Below are positions 8,543-18,170 of a stretch of DNA of 64,000 bases, one piece after another. The DNA is from Candidatus Pacearchaeota archaeon (GTDB lineage Archaea > Nanobdellota > Nanobdellia > Pacearchaeales > GW2011-AR1): positions 6,660 through 70,659 of the forward strand of contig NZCX01000021.1 in assembly GCA_002688415.1 (NCBI GenBank), read 5' to 3'. The position numbers and the translations under genes were made by a program. A model generated the notes under the pieces. It saw nothing but the letters and a program-made list of their open reading frames with translations, did not search any database and was not told the origin of the DNA. Numbering within the stretch: position 1 is the first letter of the stretch; the number at the start of each line of letters is the position of its first letter.

Positions 8543-11500
8543 CTACCCAACAAACTCATCAAGCTCAACCTGTTTTTCTTCTGTCTCGCCAAAAATAGAC
8601 TCTATGTATTCCCTAGCTAAGTCAATACCCTCTTTTGTATATGGAGGGATATTGTATTTATTCGCCAAATTTGTCGCTAATTCTAAATATTTCTTAATTG
8701 ACCCCTCACTTATTGTGAAAATAATCTTTCCGCCACATGAACATTCTCCAGCCAATGGAGGTCTTCTAAATTTTTTATTACAATTACTACATCTAAATTT
8801 TTGTCTTGAAAACTTACGCAAATTTCCCCTAATATCGCGAATAAAATGTCTTTCTATCATAAGTCTAGCAACATCAACTGTATCTACTGCCCTGATCTTT
8901 TCAACTAACTCCATCTGCTTTTCAACTTTTTCCTTCATGGTTGGAAGAACCTTATACGACCCATTAACAAAGCCTGCGTTGAAATTATCTGTACAATGCG
9001 TAAACCCTGCTCCCACAAAAGGATTTACCCCATTATCTAGTCTAGTTTTAACTGTTTCAATATTGCATTTACTAGAAGAAGCCTCTTGCTCTGCCAATCG
9101 ATAAACACTCAATGGATAACCATTACATGTTTCAAAATTCAAAATTTGGTCATCAACCTCTCCTGCATCAATTCGCGCATTTAAAACAAGGGGAGCATCC
9201 TGCGTACCTCCTCTATGACTTGGCAAAAATTTACGAGAAAAGTTGATCAAAACATCCATAAGCATCATAACTGCTGCTTCATCCCCGTCACAATCTCTCC
9301 TGATTGCAGCATGCATATATGGAGATGCCACAATTCCCTGTACTTCACAAAATCCTATAATTCTACCAATAACCCCCGCGCAATTATGCGGGGCCATACA
9401 CACTATTAATTGGCCAATCAAATCAGACTTATTTTTCAGATTATAATAACGTGGTAGTTTATACAACCTCTCCAATTCCTCATCAATAAATTCTGCGATA
9501 TTAAAGAATACGTCATCAGCCTTCTCGTCGTCAGAAACCGAACAGGATGGAAGGATTATATCATGAGGCCTCAACTCTAAAATCTGTTCTATGCTTGTCA
9601 AAGGATTTCCTTCGATATCATTAATATAACCAAGCTCTTTAAGCTTCTCAAGGCTAACACCTATTTCCTTAGGCTTAAAATGAGTCAGTGGAACCTCTGT
9701 TCCATCATAACGAATTGTACCATCCTTATTTACTGCCAAATTAAACTTGGCACGCAATATTGCCTTTGATAAGTGTTCAAAATCATTGCCTTTGTTGGTT
9801 AGCGCCCTCACCCCTTTAACCAATGGAGGAATTTCATAATCCTTATACCCCAACAGTCCCGTAGCAGAATCAAAATACTTCTTTATTTCAACATTATGTT
9901 TAGTAAATCGATTCCTCCTCTCATGATTTTCGCAAGGAAACTTCATGGTCTCTTTACATTCTATACAATAATAAAACCTCTCCGTCGGTTTTCCACATTG
10001 CTCACATAAAGAATAGATGGTCTCATTTCCACATTCGCATCTATAAGTAGGCCAATTAGACCTTACAAATCCCATAACACAAGCTTCCTGAACGCTTCTT
10101 AGCCTCCCTCCCTGATCAGAAACCGGAAACAATCCGTTTGGGCTCCCTGGCAGCTTACGAAGCTTAGCCTTTTCAGGCCTACCCATCCTAGAACCAATAA
10201 AGCTCCCAGCCTTGTCTTTAATCTCAAAGCGACACAGAGAATTAATTATTTTCAACACCTCCACTGCTTTATTCTTACTTTTAATAATTTTCAAAACTCT
10301 CTCTCCGAATGTTCCTCCAGAATTAGGATCTATGCCTAAATTGAAAAGAAACCCAGAAGAATCCTCTTCTATTATAATGTTGTCAAAAACAACAGAGTGC
10401 TCAACCCCCAGTAACTCTAAGGCTCTTTTGCCTTCCTTAAATTTCTCGCGAACACTTTCGCTCCATGGCAAAATCAATTTTCCACCAGCAACCTTTTCAA
10501 GCACACCATTCTGAAGCCAGTCCATTAACCAATAAAAATCTTCTACTCCAATCTGTGTCCAGTAAAAAATAAATTTTGGATGGATAGGAATTTCATATTT
10601 TTCACTAATTTTCATAGCACATTCAAAATTAACTGGCTTATTAACAATCTCTTCATATTTTTCACCAGACTTAGATAATTTATCTTCTAGCTCAAGTCTC
10701 CACCACTCTTCAACATACCCGGGCTTTAGTAGGTCAAAATTTCTATCAATAACGTCACCAAGAGGAAACAAAATATCCCCAAGATAAATTATTTCATCAA
10801 TATCCTCGTATAGTTTTTTAGCAGTCTCAAAATCCTGCAATTTTTTAACAGAGCCATCCCGAAGCTTAACGATTGGGCCATCAATTGAGTCGCATGAAGT
10901 TATAATACACCCCTTGGTTGGCTTTTCAATTTTTAATTGAGTTCCATTAGACAAAAATCCTCCACTTACTCCCATCGTGGCTGGATGAAGAGAAGTCGCA
11001 CTAAAACCAGAAGTTCGGCCCCTACCGTACCTAAGCCTAAAGCCGCCACTCCTGCCTGGGTGGCCATAAACTGGACGTCCTGCAACCAGATCTTTAATAT
11101 AGGTTGCCACAACCTCCCCCGCTCCTCCTTCTCTCTTTTTGTGCAATTCAAGATAATCATGTAAAAAATCCCAACCAGTACAAACTAAACCATTTTTCTT
11201 CGGGCTACTCAAACGACCAAGTGCTTTTTCCGCCTTCTGGGCCAATCCTTCGCTAAAAATTAAACACATTCCACCTCTAATAAAATTTGTTTCAACTCTT
11301 TCTAGATCCTTATGATTAGAAACCTCTCTTTTGTCCGTTGGGTCACCGTCAATTTGGAAGGGCAATCTTTCTGCTAAAAAAACCATCTCGTCTTCAGTGG
11401 GAAAATATGCTAGATTTGCAACTCTTTCATGATAATCGACATTTTCTGTTACATATCGCCCAACCTCTTCCTCTGTAGGATCATATTTTGCATAACCAAA

Positions 11501-12031
11501 ATGTTCACGCAAATAATCAATTAGCATTAAAACCAAACATGTAGCCGTGGTACCAGCTGAACGAATTGGTCCACTAAATTTAGCGATAAAATAATCTTTT
11601 CCCTCTTTTGTTTTGCCAAGACTAAGCCCCGTATAGCCCTCTGTCGGAGAAGCAACAACCCCCAAGGTCAAATACGAAAATCCAACACGTATTCCACAAT
11701 CAATCGCTTTAAGTTGGTCCTCAAACTTACAAAATTTTTCTTCAGAAATTTCACGCGCAATAGCAAATGCAACAGTGGTATCAAGCCTCCCGTGCTTGTT
11801 TTCAAGTTCTAAAATTCTTTTACTAATCTTGTCAACTGGAATATCTGAATAAATAGTAGATATTAAATTAACCGCTTTTTCTGCCATATTAACCGCTAGA
11901 GGAATTTCAACTTTTCTAGCCGGATCAAATCCTTTGGAACGAGCCATATTGGCAACTTCATATTCTTTAAGAACTGATTTCTCCAGATTAAGAAAATAAC
12001 CCTCTGGATTCCATACGGGGTTATTGCTCAT
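8543..12031 (-). CDS. dp2: DNA polymerase D (PolD) large catalytic subunit DP2
   Basis: 1162 aa. Cys-cluster zinc fingers (CECGNETIYSLCEQCGKP...CIECKE; C-terminal CSNCNKKF...CSCGG) and conserved DP2 blocks. Overlaps DP1 by 4 nt. Confidence 0.9.
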   Translation of the reverse strand: MSNNPVWNPEGYFLNLEKSVLKEYEVANMARSKGFDPARKVEIPLAVNMAEKAVNLISTIYSDIPVDKISKRILELENKHGRLDTTVAFAIAREISEEKFCKFEDQLKAIDCGIRVGFSYLTLGVVASPTEGYTGLSLGKTKEGKDYFIAKFSGPIRSAGTTATCLVLMLIDYLREHFGYAKYDPTEEEVGRYVTENVDYHERVANLAYFPTEDEMVFLAERLPFQIDGDPTDKREVSNHKDLERVETNFIRGGMCLIFSEGLAQKAEKALGRLSSPKKNGLVCTGWDFLHDYLELHKKREGGAGEVVATYIKDLVAGRPVYGHPGRSGGFRLRYGRGRTSGFSATSLHPATMGVSGGFLSNGTQLKIEKPTKGCIITSCDSIDGPIVKLRDGSVKKLQDFETAKKLYEDIDEIIYLGDILFPLGDVIDRNFDLLKPGYVEEWWRLELEDKLSKSGEKYEEIVNKPVNFECAMKISEKYEIPIHPKFIFYWTQIGVEDFYWLMDWLQNGVLEKVAGGKLILPWSESVREKFKEGKRALELLGVEHSVVFDNIIIEEDSSGFLFNLGIDPNSGGTFGERVLKIIKSKNKAVEVLKIINSLCRFEIKDKAGSFIGSRMGRPEKAKLRKLPGSPNGLFPVSDQGGRLRSVQEACVMGFVRSNWPTYRCECGNETIYSLCEQCGKPTERFYYCIECKETMKFPCENHERRNRFTKHNVEIKKYFDSATGLLGYKDYEIPPLVKGVRALTNKGNDFEHLSKAILRAKFNLAVNKDGTIRYDGTEVPLTHFKPKEIGVSLEKLKELGYINDIEGNPLTSIEQILELRPHDIILPSCSVSDDEKADDVFFNIAEFIDEELERLYKLPRYYNLKNKSDLIGQLIVCMAPHNCAGVIGRIIGFCEVQGIVASPYMHAAIRRDCDGDEAAVMMLMDVLINFSRKFLPSHRGGTQDAPLVLNARIDAGEVDDQILNFETCNGYPLSVYRLAEQEASSSKCNIETVKTRLDNGVNPFVGAGFTHCTDNFNAGFVNGSYKVLPTMKEKVEKQMELVEKIRAVDTVDVARLMIERHFIRDIRGNLRKFSRQKFRCSNCNKKFRRPPLAGECSCGGKIIFTISEGSIKKYLELATNLANKYNIPPYTKEGIDLAREYIESIFGETEEKQVELDEFVG

Positions 12032-13629
12032 CCTAGGTCCTCCGAATCGTCCCGATTCTTACTGCCATTCTCTTCCTTAATTCCTTCTTCTGTATTACCA
12101 AAATCCAATATCCTTATTTCTCTTGTTTTGGGATTAAAAATAGGTACTTTACATGGATCTGGATTGTTCCCTGCTTTCTCTTCAAATGGCGTGATAGATT
12201 GCCAACACGATCCTGAAATAAGAAGTATATTATTTACCGTAGAAAACTCTGCTCTATGTTGATCTCCAGTAAACAAAATATCTGGGATATTGTCAATAAC
12301 AAGGCTATCTTCTTCGCATGGTATATAATCTGCAAGACCGTGGAATGGCGCTAAATGACGCCTTTTTAGCATTTCTCTAACAACTTTGGTCGGAGCATCA
12401 TGCTTATATTTTACTCTTATTTCAGGAAGTTCATTTATAAAATAATTTATACTGGCACCGTGATACATCAAAACACTAAATTCGGCTACTTCAACAAGTG
12501 AGGGATTTGGAACTAAGTGTAAATTTTCTAAATCATACAGGCCGGGTGCAAATTTTTTATTAATTATTGGCTGGGGTTCCCCAACCCAAACTGCATCATG
12601 CTGGCCTGGACACATTATAATTTGAACATCTCGCCTAATAAGGCTAAGTAGTTCTTCAAGTTTTTTATACTGCCCGGCAGTGGTTTTAATATTCAAATAT
12701 TTTTCCTGGCCTGGACCATGATTCACGCCATCAACTGCATCTCCTGCAATAAATAAGTATTTAATTTTTTTAGCAAGTTCTTTTTGGTCACCAGAACCCT
12801 CTTCCCCATTTAGCCATTTTATAAATTTTAAAAAATTCTCTTCAAGAAACATCTTGCTCCCGATATGCATATCACTGATGAATGCAATCAAATCCTCTTC
12901 ATTTGAATACTTTTTGCAACCGATTGATGCATCGGGATAAATAACACTATTCGCAAATAAAATATCTCCTCCTCCATTTACATTGATAGAGATAATATCA
13001 TCCTCTAAAATTGATTTACCAACGCTAAAAAGCTCTGTCTTTGAACTGTTAATTAGAACCTTTGATGCTCCAGTTAAATCTTCTACCTCTAAAAGAATAT
13101 TTTTATTTTTTGTTATCTTTTTGTCTAGAACCGCAACAATAATAGTATAATTTCCCTTGCTGTATCCAATTTTTCTAATTGACGTTAAATTCTCCAGATT
13201 TTTTTCCTCTAAAATATTCCTAATTTTCTCGTATCTACTCTTAAAATGACGAGTAAACTCCCTTACTGTAATTTTTCTCTTAGTAAAAGCTGGAGAAGAC
13301 AATACATTAACATTTTTTACTTTGGGTTTTAACATTGTGTTATTAACAAAGGCTTCATCACCCAAGGGTGCAATCTCATTATAGAGAATTTTTGAGAGAA
13401 TTTTTGAAACTGAATTTTTATTATTAGACTTTAACAGGTTGGTCCTAATTTCATCGATATTTTTAATGAAAATATTTTTATTTAATATTTTATTACTTAA
13501 TCCTGAATTAGAAATCGCCTTTACTAATTTCAAAATATTTTCATCCGAAAGATGATTCATCAGGTCACGAAATTCTAAATCTAGTAAAATTCCATTTCTC
13601 ATACATTCTTTTAATAAAATATCAACCAT
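12028..13629 (-). CDS. dp1: DNA polymerase D small (exonuclease) subunit DP1
   Basis: 533 aa. Calcineurin-like phosphoesterase motifs (DMHIGS, GDAVDG, GQHD, GDQHRA). Translationally coupled to DP2. Confidence 0.85.
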   Translation of the reverse strand: MVDILLKECMRNGILLDLEFRDLMNHLSDENILKLVKAISNSGLSNKILNKNIFIKNIDEIRTNLLKSNNKNSVSKILSKILYNEIAPLGDEAFVNNTMLKPKVKNVNVLSSPAFTKRKITVREFTRHFKSRYEKIRNILEEKNLENLTSIRKIGYSKGNYTIIVAVLDKKITKNKNILLEVEDLTGASKVLINSSKTELFSVGKSILEDDIISINVNGGGDILFANSVIYPDASIGCKKYSNEEDLIAFISDMHIGSKMFLEENFLKFIKWLNGEEGSGDQKELAKKIKYLFIAGDAVDGVNHGPGQEKYLNIKTTAGQYKKLEELLSLIRRDVQIIMCPGQHDAVWVGEPQPIINKKFAPGLYDLENLHLVPNPSLVEVAEFSVLMYHGASINYFINELPEIRVKYKHDAPTKVVREMLKRRHLAPFHGLADYIPCEEDSLVIDNIPDILFTGDQHRAEFSTVNNILLISGSCWQSITPFEEKAGNNPDPCKVPIFNPKTREIRILDFGNTEEGIKEENGSKNRDDSEDLG

Positions 13630-13746
13630 TTTATTTATAAAAACGAAGCACTACAGATGATTGCATCTTGGCCTCAGTGATTTTGTTTAATATTTAAAAA
13701 AAGCAAAAAGACTTTTTATATTTTTGTATGCTAAAATAGCAATTAT

Positions 13747-14961
13747 TTAAAGACCTAGATTCTCTGCCAACATATCTTCAATTTTTTCAAGAAGCGTGTT
13801 TGATATACTAAGTCTTATTTCTCTGGTTCTACCATGTCGACCCTTGCTAATAACTTTTGCATTAATTATACCAAGCATATCGATATCCGCTAATATATCA
13901 CTAATCCTACGTTGAGTCAGGCTATCGGTTTTTGTTCTTATACAAACATCCTGATAAAGATTATAGACATCACCTGTAAAGAATTTATCTATTTTATGAG
14001 TTTGTTGTTGTCTGGTTAGTTGAACAATTGTATATAATACAAGTTGATGTTGTTTTGGAATAGTTTCCACTATATCCAAGATTTTATCCTTTTCTATTTT
14101 ATGGTTTGCAAGATCTATATAGTCCTCCTCAACCTTCTCTTTAGATTCTCTCTCTGAGAGCTCTCCAGCGACTCTTAATAAATCAAGGGCTCTCCTTGCA
14201 TCACCATGTTCTCTAGCCGCATAAGCGGCGCATTTAGCTGTAACACCAGGGTTGATGACGTTCTCGTGAAAAGCTAACTTGCATCTCTCGTTTAAGATAT
14301 CTTGAAGCTGAATAGCATTATATGGGGGGAAAACAAATTCTTCTTCGCCAAGACTACTTCTAACTCTCGGGTCAACATGGTCTAAAAAGGTTACATCATT
14401 ACTAATTCCGATTAGAGAAATTTGTGCATTCACCAACTCTTGATTTAAACGGGTCATAGAATATAGAAAGGTATCACTCATTTTTTTGATTGCTTGGTCT
14501 ATTTCATCAAAAATAAAGACAATTAATTGCTTTTTACTATCCACAATTTCAATAAATTTTCTCCAAACCTTATCTGTTGGAAGACCTGTTGCAGGAACAC
14601 TTCCTCCTAATTTTTCAATTAATGCTGCCAAAATTCTATATTCGGTATCGGCCACTTTTCTAAGTTTACAATTTATATACTCAAATCTAAGATCTACCTC
14701 TAACTGTTCTGCTTTTTTACTTAATTCATCTTTTACATACAAAACACTCAATGTTTTACCTGTTCCTGTTTTTCCATAAACAAACAAATTACTAGGACGC
14801 TCTTCCCTTAAGCTGGATGCTAATATCCCTGCAATAGACTTAATTTGTTCATCTCTGTGAGGAATACTTTCTGGCGTGTATCGAGCTTGCAAAACAGACT
14901 TATCCTTAAAAACACTATTGTTAACAGCACTCTCAAAAATTTCATTCAACTCAACTACCAT
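13747..14961 (-). CDS. cdc6: Orc1/Cdc6 replication initiator
   Basis: 404 aa. Walker A GKTGTGKT, Walker B IFDEID and a C-terminal winged helix. Sits immediately beside an ORB-containing AT-rich region. Confidence 0.9.
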   Translation of the reverse strand: MVVELNEIFESAVNNSVFKDKSVLQARYTPESIPHRDEQIKSIAGILASSLREERPSNLFVYGKTGTGKTLSVLYVKDELSKKAEQLEVDLRFEYINCKLRKVADTEYRILAALIEKLGGSVPATGLPTDKVWRKFIEIVDSKKQLIVFIFDEIDQAIKKMSDTFLYSMTRLNQELVNAQISLIGISNDVTFLDHVDPRVRSSLGEEEFVFPPYNAIQLQDILNERCKLAFHENVINPGVTAKCAAYAAREHGDARRALDLLRVAGELSERESKEKVEEDYIDLANHKIEKDKILDIVETIPKQHQLVLYTIVQLTRQQQTHKIDKFFTGDVYNLYQDVCIRTKTDSLTQRRISDILADIDMLGIINAKVISKGRHGRTREIRLSISNTLLEKIEDMLAENLGL

Positions 14962-15027
14962 TTTTATACAAAAAATAAACCCTTAGAGTATTTAAATATT
15001 ACTACATTGGAAGCTATGGTTTCATTG

Positions 15028-15050
15028 TCCTCTATTTCCTATGGAGATTA
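15028..15050 (-). repeat. Inverted ORB-like box
   Basis: Revcomp TAATCTCCATAGGAAATAGAGGA contains TCCAnnGGAAA. It is in inverted orientation to the 15236 box, across the AT-rich tract. Confidence 0.5.
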
Positions 15051-15235
15051 AGTTAATTTTACACCTACACCATTATTTCCTATGCAACTTACCTCGATAA
15101 AACTTAAAAATTTCAAATATTCTTTATATATACTATAATATACTATAATATAATATATATAATATATAATATAAAACTTTATAAATGAAATACTTAAAAT
15201 TTCAAATGGAAAAACACCTATTTCTTTTTAAAAAA

Positions 15236-15257
15236 CCTCCAAAGGAAACAAGGGGGT
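15236..15257 (+). repeat. Origin recognition box (ORB) with G-string
   Basis: CCTCCAAAGGAAACAAGGGGGT matches the archaeal ORB core TCCAnnGGAAAC followed by a G-run. Confidence 0.65.
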
Positions 15258-15371
15258 CAGAGATTACCTCAATAAAACCAACCAATCTAATGAAAATATT
15301 TTCAACATCTCTCGTTAATATATATACCAAATCACACAAACATTTATAAATATCTTCAATCAAATTAACCT

Positions 15372-15626
15372 ATGGATAAAAAACCGTTCAAATCTCTCCT
15401 CGGGAAACAGGTTGTAACAAAAGAAGGTAAAAAACTAGGAATTGTAAAGGATATAACGTTTGAAACAAGAACAGGGGAGTTAATCCATGTTGTGTTAAAG
15501 GATCTTACAACCTATACGGCAAACCTATCGCTGGAAAGAACATCAAACAAAGAGGCATTAGTCCCATATAATTCTGTAATAGCAGTAGGAGATTTTGTAG
15601 TAGTCTCAGAAGAAGACTTATTATAA
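15372..15626 (+). CDS. PRC-barrel domain protein
   Basis: 84 aa. LLGKQVVTKEGKKLGIVKDITFETRTGELIHVVL is a typical PRC-barrel signature. Confidence 0.6.
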   Translation: MDKKPFKSLLGKQVVTKEGKKLGIVKDITFETRTGELIHVVLKDLTTYTANLSLERTSNKEALVPYNSVIAVGDFVVVSEEDLL

Positions 15627-15672
15627 ATTAAAACACAATAAACCTTTTAAACCCTAATAAATAGGAAAAACT

Positions 15673-16083
15673 ATGGAAATACAAATAACCTTAATGAGCT
15701 CAAGATTGACAAAAGTAAGTGGGAATAGAGAAATGGAATTCTCAGGAAAAATCTCAATGAACCAAAATATTAAAATTAAAAGTATGGAAAAATTTAAGCC
15801 AACCAATTCAAAAATTGAAAGCATAAAGGCTGACTATTCCTTTGAAATAGACTACGGAGAACTAGGAAAGGTGGAGATAGAAGGAATTCTTTTTTTAGGA
15901 ACAGACTCTAAGACAACAAAAAAAATATTAGAGGAATATAAAAATAAAAACTTCCAATCAGCAGAACAAATAAAAATTATGAATATGATTATACAAAAAG
16001 CATCCATAAGAGCTTTTGAGATAGAAGAAGAGTTGGGCTTACCAATACATATAAGATTGCCAGAATTAGCCCCAAAACAATAA
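15673..16083 (+). CDS. Hypothetical protein
   Basis: 136-aa ORF, no recognisable motifs. Confidence 0.35.
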   Translation: MEIQITLMSSRLTKVSGNREMEFSGKISMNQNIKIKSMEKFKPTNSKIESIKADYSFEIDYGELGKVEIEGILFLGTDSKTTKKILEEYKNKNFQSAEQIKIMNMIIQKASIRAFEIEEELGLPIHIRLPELAPKQ

Positions 16084-16114
16084 GTTATTTAAACTAACAT
16101 TTCTAAGATCCTTT

Positions 16115-16855
16115 ATGAGAGGAGAAAATCAAAATAAAAACCAGAACTTTCTTTTCAAAAAACCACTCTTAAAGCAAAATCACCGAAGAAAACAGAGGGG
16201 GATGATCCAAAATAGAAAACCATTCCCAGAAAATAATGACCCTTCGACATTAAACATTACTAATGAAAAATTATGGAGCATGAAAAACATACAAATTGCA
16301 CTAGTGGTTGGATTTGTGTTACTTATAGTAGACCTCATTCTGCTATTCTCACTAAACACAGGACTATCAGGATCTCTTATAATAGTTTTAATTAGCGTAG
16401 TATTATACGCAATTGCATTGTACTTTCTTCTCAATCCACCATATCAAAAAACCATAGAGAAAGAAAGGACAAAACAAATAGAAAAACCAACAATCAAAGT
16501 AATCGAGAAGAAGATAGAAAAACCAGTAATAAAAATTATAGAAAAACCAGTCGAAAGGATAAAATACATTGAAAAACCAATAATAAAGAGGGTTTCAGCC
16601 CCAGTAACTATACCAGTTAACAAAAATCCAATGAAGGCATACCCATATGTAGCATCGGTAAAATCAAAAACTATTCACGCTACACATACAACAGCTGGAC
16701 GGATGATTAAGCCAGAAAATAGAGAATTTGCCAAAGACATAAAAGAATTAACAAAAAAAGGATACGCAATAGGGCATCTAAACAATAACCCGAGAAAAAC
16801 TTCCGCGAAGAAAGCAAAAAAGAAAATGACTAAGAAAGCAGCTAGAAAAAAATAA
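16115..16855 (+). CDS. Membrane protein with tandem IEKPxIK repeats and lysine-rich C-terminal tail
   Basis: Two TM helices, then IEKPTIKVIEKKIEKPVIKIIEKPVERIKYIEKPIIK encoded by an approx. 24-nt tandem DNA repeat. C-terminus KKAKKKMTKKAARKK. True start may be an internal Met. Confidence 0.45.
   Translation: MRGENQNKNQNFLFKKPLLKQNHRRKQRGMIQNRKPFPENNDPSTLNITNEKLWSMKNIQIALVVGFVLLIVDLILLFSLNTGLSGSLIIVLISVVLYAIALYFLLNPPYQKTIEKERTKQIEKPTIKVIEKKIEKPVIKIIEKPVERIKYIEKPIIKRVSAPVTIPVNKNPMKAYPYVASVKSKTIHATHTTAGRMIKPENREFAKDIKELTKKGYAIGHLNNNPRKTSAKKAKKKMTKKAARKK
16478..16592 (+). repeat. Approx. 24-nt tandem repeat inside the CDS (atagaaaaaccaNNaataaaNNtt, 4-5 copies)
   Basis: Periodicity visible directly in the sequence; encodes the IEKP repeats. 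Confidence 0.6.
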
Positions 16856-16915
16856 AGGTACAAATTTTAACAACTTTTCCACAACATTTTTAAAACCGAA
16901 TAACTCTAGATCTTT

Positions 16916-17185
16916 ATGCCAAAAATATCAAAACAAAAAATCCAAAAAATCAAAGAGCAAATACTGTTCTATTTATATTCAACATTCCCTAATCAACCAT
17001 TTACGTCAGACATCGCAACAGAGCTTGCAAGGGACGAAGAATTTATAAAAATTCAATTAATAGAGCTAGAAAAGGAAAAACTTATAATAAAAATTAATAG
17101 AAACCCAGAAGGCGTAGTGTATCTCAGGAGGTTAAGGTGGAGAATTTCAAATAAAGTTCATGAAGCATACTCAGAAAACCAATAG
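16916..17185 (+). CDS. Small winged-helix DNA-binding protein
   Basis: 89 aa. ILFYLYSTFPNQPFTSDIATELARDEEFIKIQLIELEKEKLI resembles the C-terminal wHTH of the two neighbouring regulators. Confidence 0.4.
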   Translation: MPKISKQKIQKIKEQILFYLYSTFPNQPFTSDIATELARDEEFIKIQLIELEKEKLIIKINRNPEGVVYLRRLRWRISNKVHEAYSENQ

Positions 17186-17244
17186 CCATATTCAAAAACA
17201 TACATTCTAGAATATATAATATTATAAACTCTTTTTTTGTCAAT

Positions 17245-17907
17245 ATGTTTATGGACCTAATAAAAGAGGCTTTTAGCAGAATCAAGAAAGATATTTATTC
17301 CATCCAGGTAGAACTAGCAACCTTAAGACAAGAAGTACAAAATATTGCTAAAAACCAAGTCCCAACTACACATCAAATAGTTCACCGATCGGAGACCCAA
17401 CAGACAAACAGACAACCCCATCCAACAGACACTCCAACACAAAATATAGCCGCAGAGCCTCTTAAAATACAAAATATACCATTTTCCATAGGAAATGGTG
17501 GGGTTCCAACAGACAAACAAACAGACAAACAAACAGACAAACTGGGAAAAAATAGGTTGTTTCATAAGCAAAACACCTTTGATGAGGCGGAAGAGGTCAG
17601 ACACTCACTTGATAGCTTGAAAGAAGAAATAAGGCGCAAATTCCACTCACTGACGCCACAAGAGATGCTTGTTTTTACAACGATCTATAGCTTTCAAGAC
17701 CAGAACAGGCAGATAACCTATAAATCTATAGCTCAGCATTTAACACTCAGTGAGTCGTCAATAAGAGACTATACCAACCGCCTCATTTTAAAAGAAGTAC
17801 CAATTATAAAAGAAAAGGTTAATAATAAGCAGATTCTGCTCTCAATCTCCCCAAGCTTGCGAAAAAACATATCATTATCGACGATAATTGCATTAAGAGA
17901 TGCTTAA
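17245..17907 (+). CDS. Coiled-coil / TDKQ low-complexity linker / C-terminal wHTH protein (putative transcription regulator)
   Basis: 220 aa. N-terminal heptad-like helix, (QTDK)n linker encoded by (cagacaaacaaa)n, and a C-terminal wHTH-like block (FTTIYSFQDQNRQITYKSIAQHLTLSESSIRDYTNRLILKEV). Confidence 0.5.
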   Translation: MFMDLIKEAFSRIKKDIYSIQVELATLRQEVQNIAKNQVPTTHQIVHRSETQQTNRQPHPTDTPTQNIAAEPLKIQNIPFSIGNGGVPTDKQTDKQTDKLGKNRLFHKQNTFDEAEEVRHSLDSLKEEIRRKFHSLTPQEMLVFTTIYSFQDQNRQITYKSIAQHLTLSESSIRDYTNRLILKEVPIIKEKVNNKQILLSISPSLRKNISLSTIIALRDA

Positions 17908-18170
17908 ACAACAAAATTATTTAACTAACTTATTCGGCTTAACGGCCAACTTTCCTTAGGTCTCTTTTAACCCCAAATCTTACTTATTTGAGCTTGTCTT
18001 TTAGTTTTACCGTCGGTAAAAATTAAACTTAGACACTGGATTGTCAAAAGGCTTTTCTGCAAGCCCGCCAATACTCTCTTTTCTGCCTAAAACAAGAGAA
18101 AAACACCAATATCCACTAATTACACCCATTTGTAAAAATTAAACTTTTTAACCCTCACAATTCTATTTTT

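Larger units (their letters stand above)
15028..15257. other. Chromosomal replication origin (oriC): inverted ORB boxes flanking an AT-rich DUE
   Basis: ORB-like box on the minus orientation at 15028-15050 (revcomp ...TCTCCATAGGAAATAGAGGA). AT-rich tract 15125-15177 (tatatatactataatatactataatataatatatataatatataatataaaac). ORB on the plus orientation at 15236-15257 (CCTCCAAAGGAAACAAGGGGGT: TCCA..GGAAAC core plus G-string). Mini-ORB-like TTCAAATGGAAAAACA at 15201-15216. Confidence 0.7.

Noticed and set aside
8532-9104. 190-aa plus-strand ORF
   Set aside because: Antisense to the PolD DP2 gene; shadow ORF.
13630-13746. AT-rich 117-bp spacer between DP1 and orc1 as a second origin
   Set aside because: No ORB-like boxes recognisable; more likely an internal promoter (TATA-like ttttataaataaa on the minus strand) for the PolD genes.
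15118-15180. AT-rich tandem tata/ataat tract as a microsatellite or promoter cluster
   Set aside because: Better explained as the DNA unwinding element of oriC, flanked by ORB boxes.
16478-16592. Possible CRISPR-like array (regular approx. 24-nt repeats)
   Set aside because: The repeats are contiguous with no spacers, lie in-frame within a CDS and encode a peptide repeat. No cas genes are nearby.
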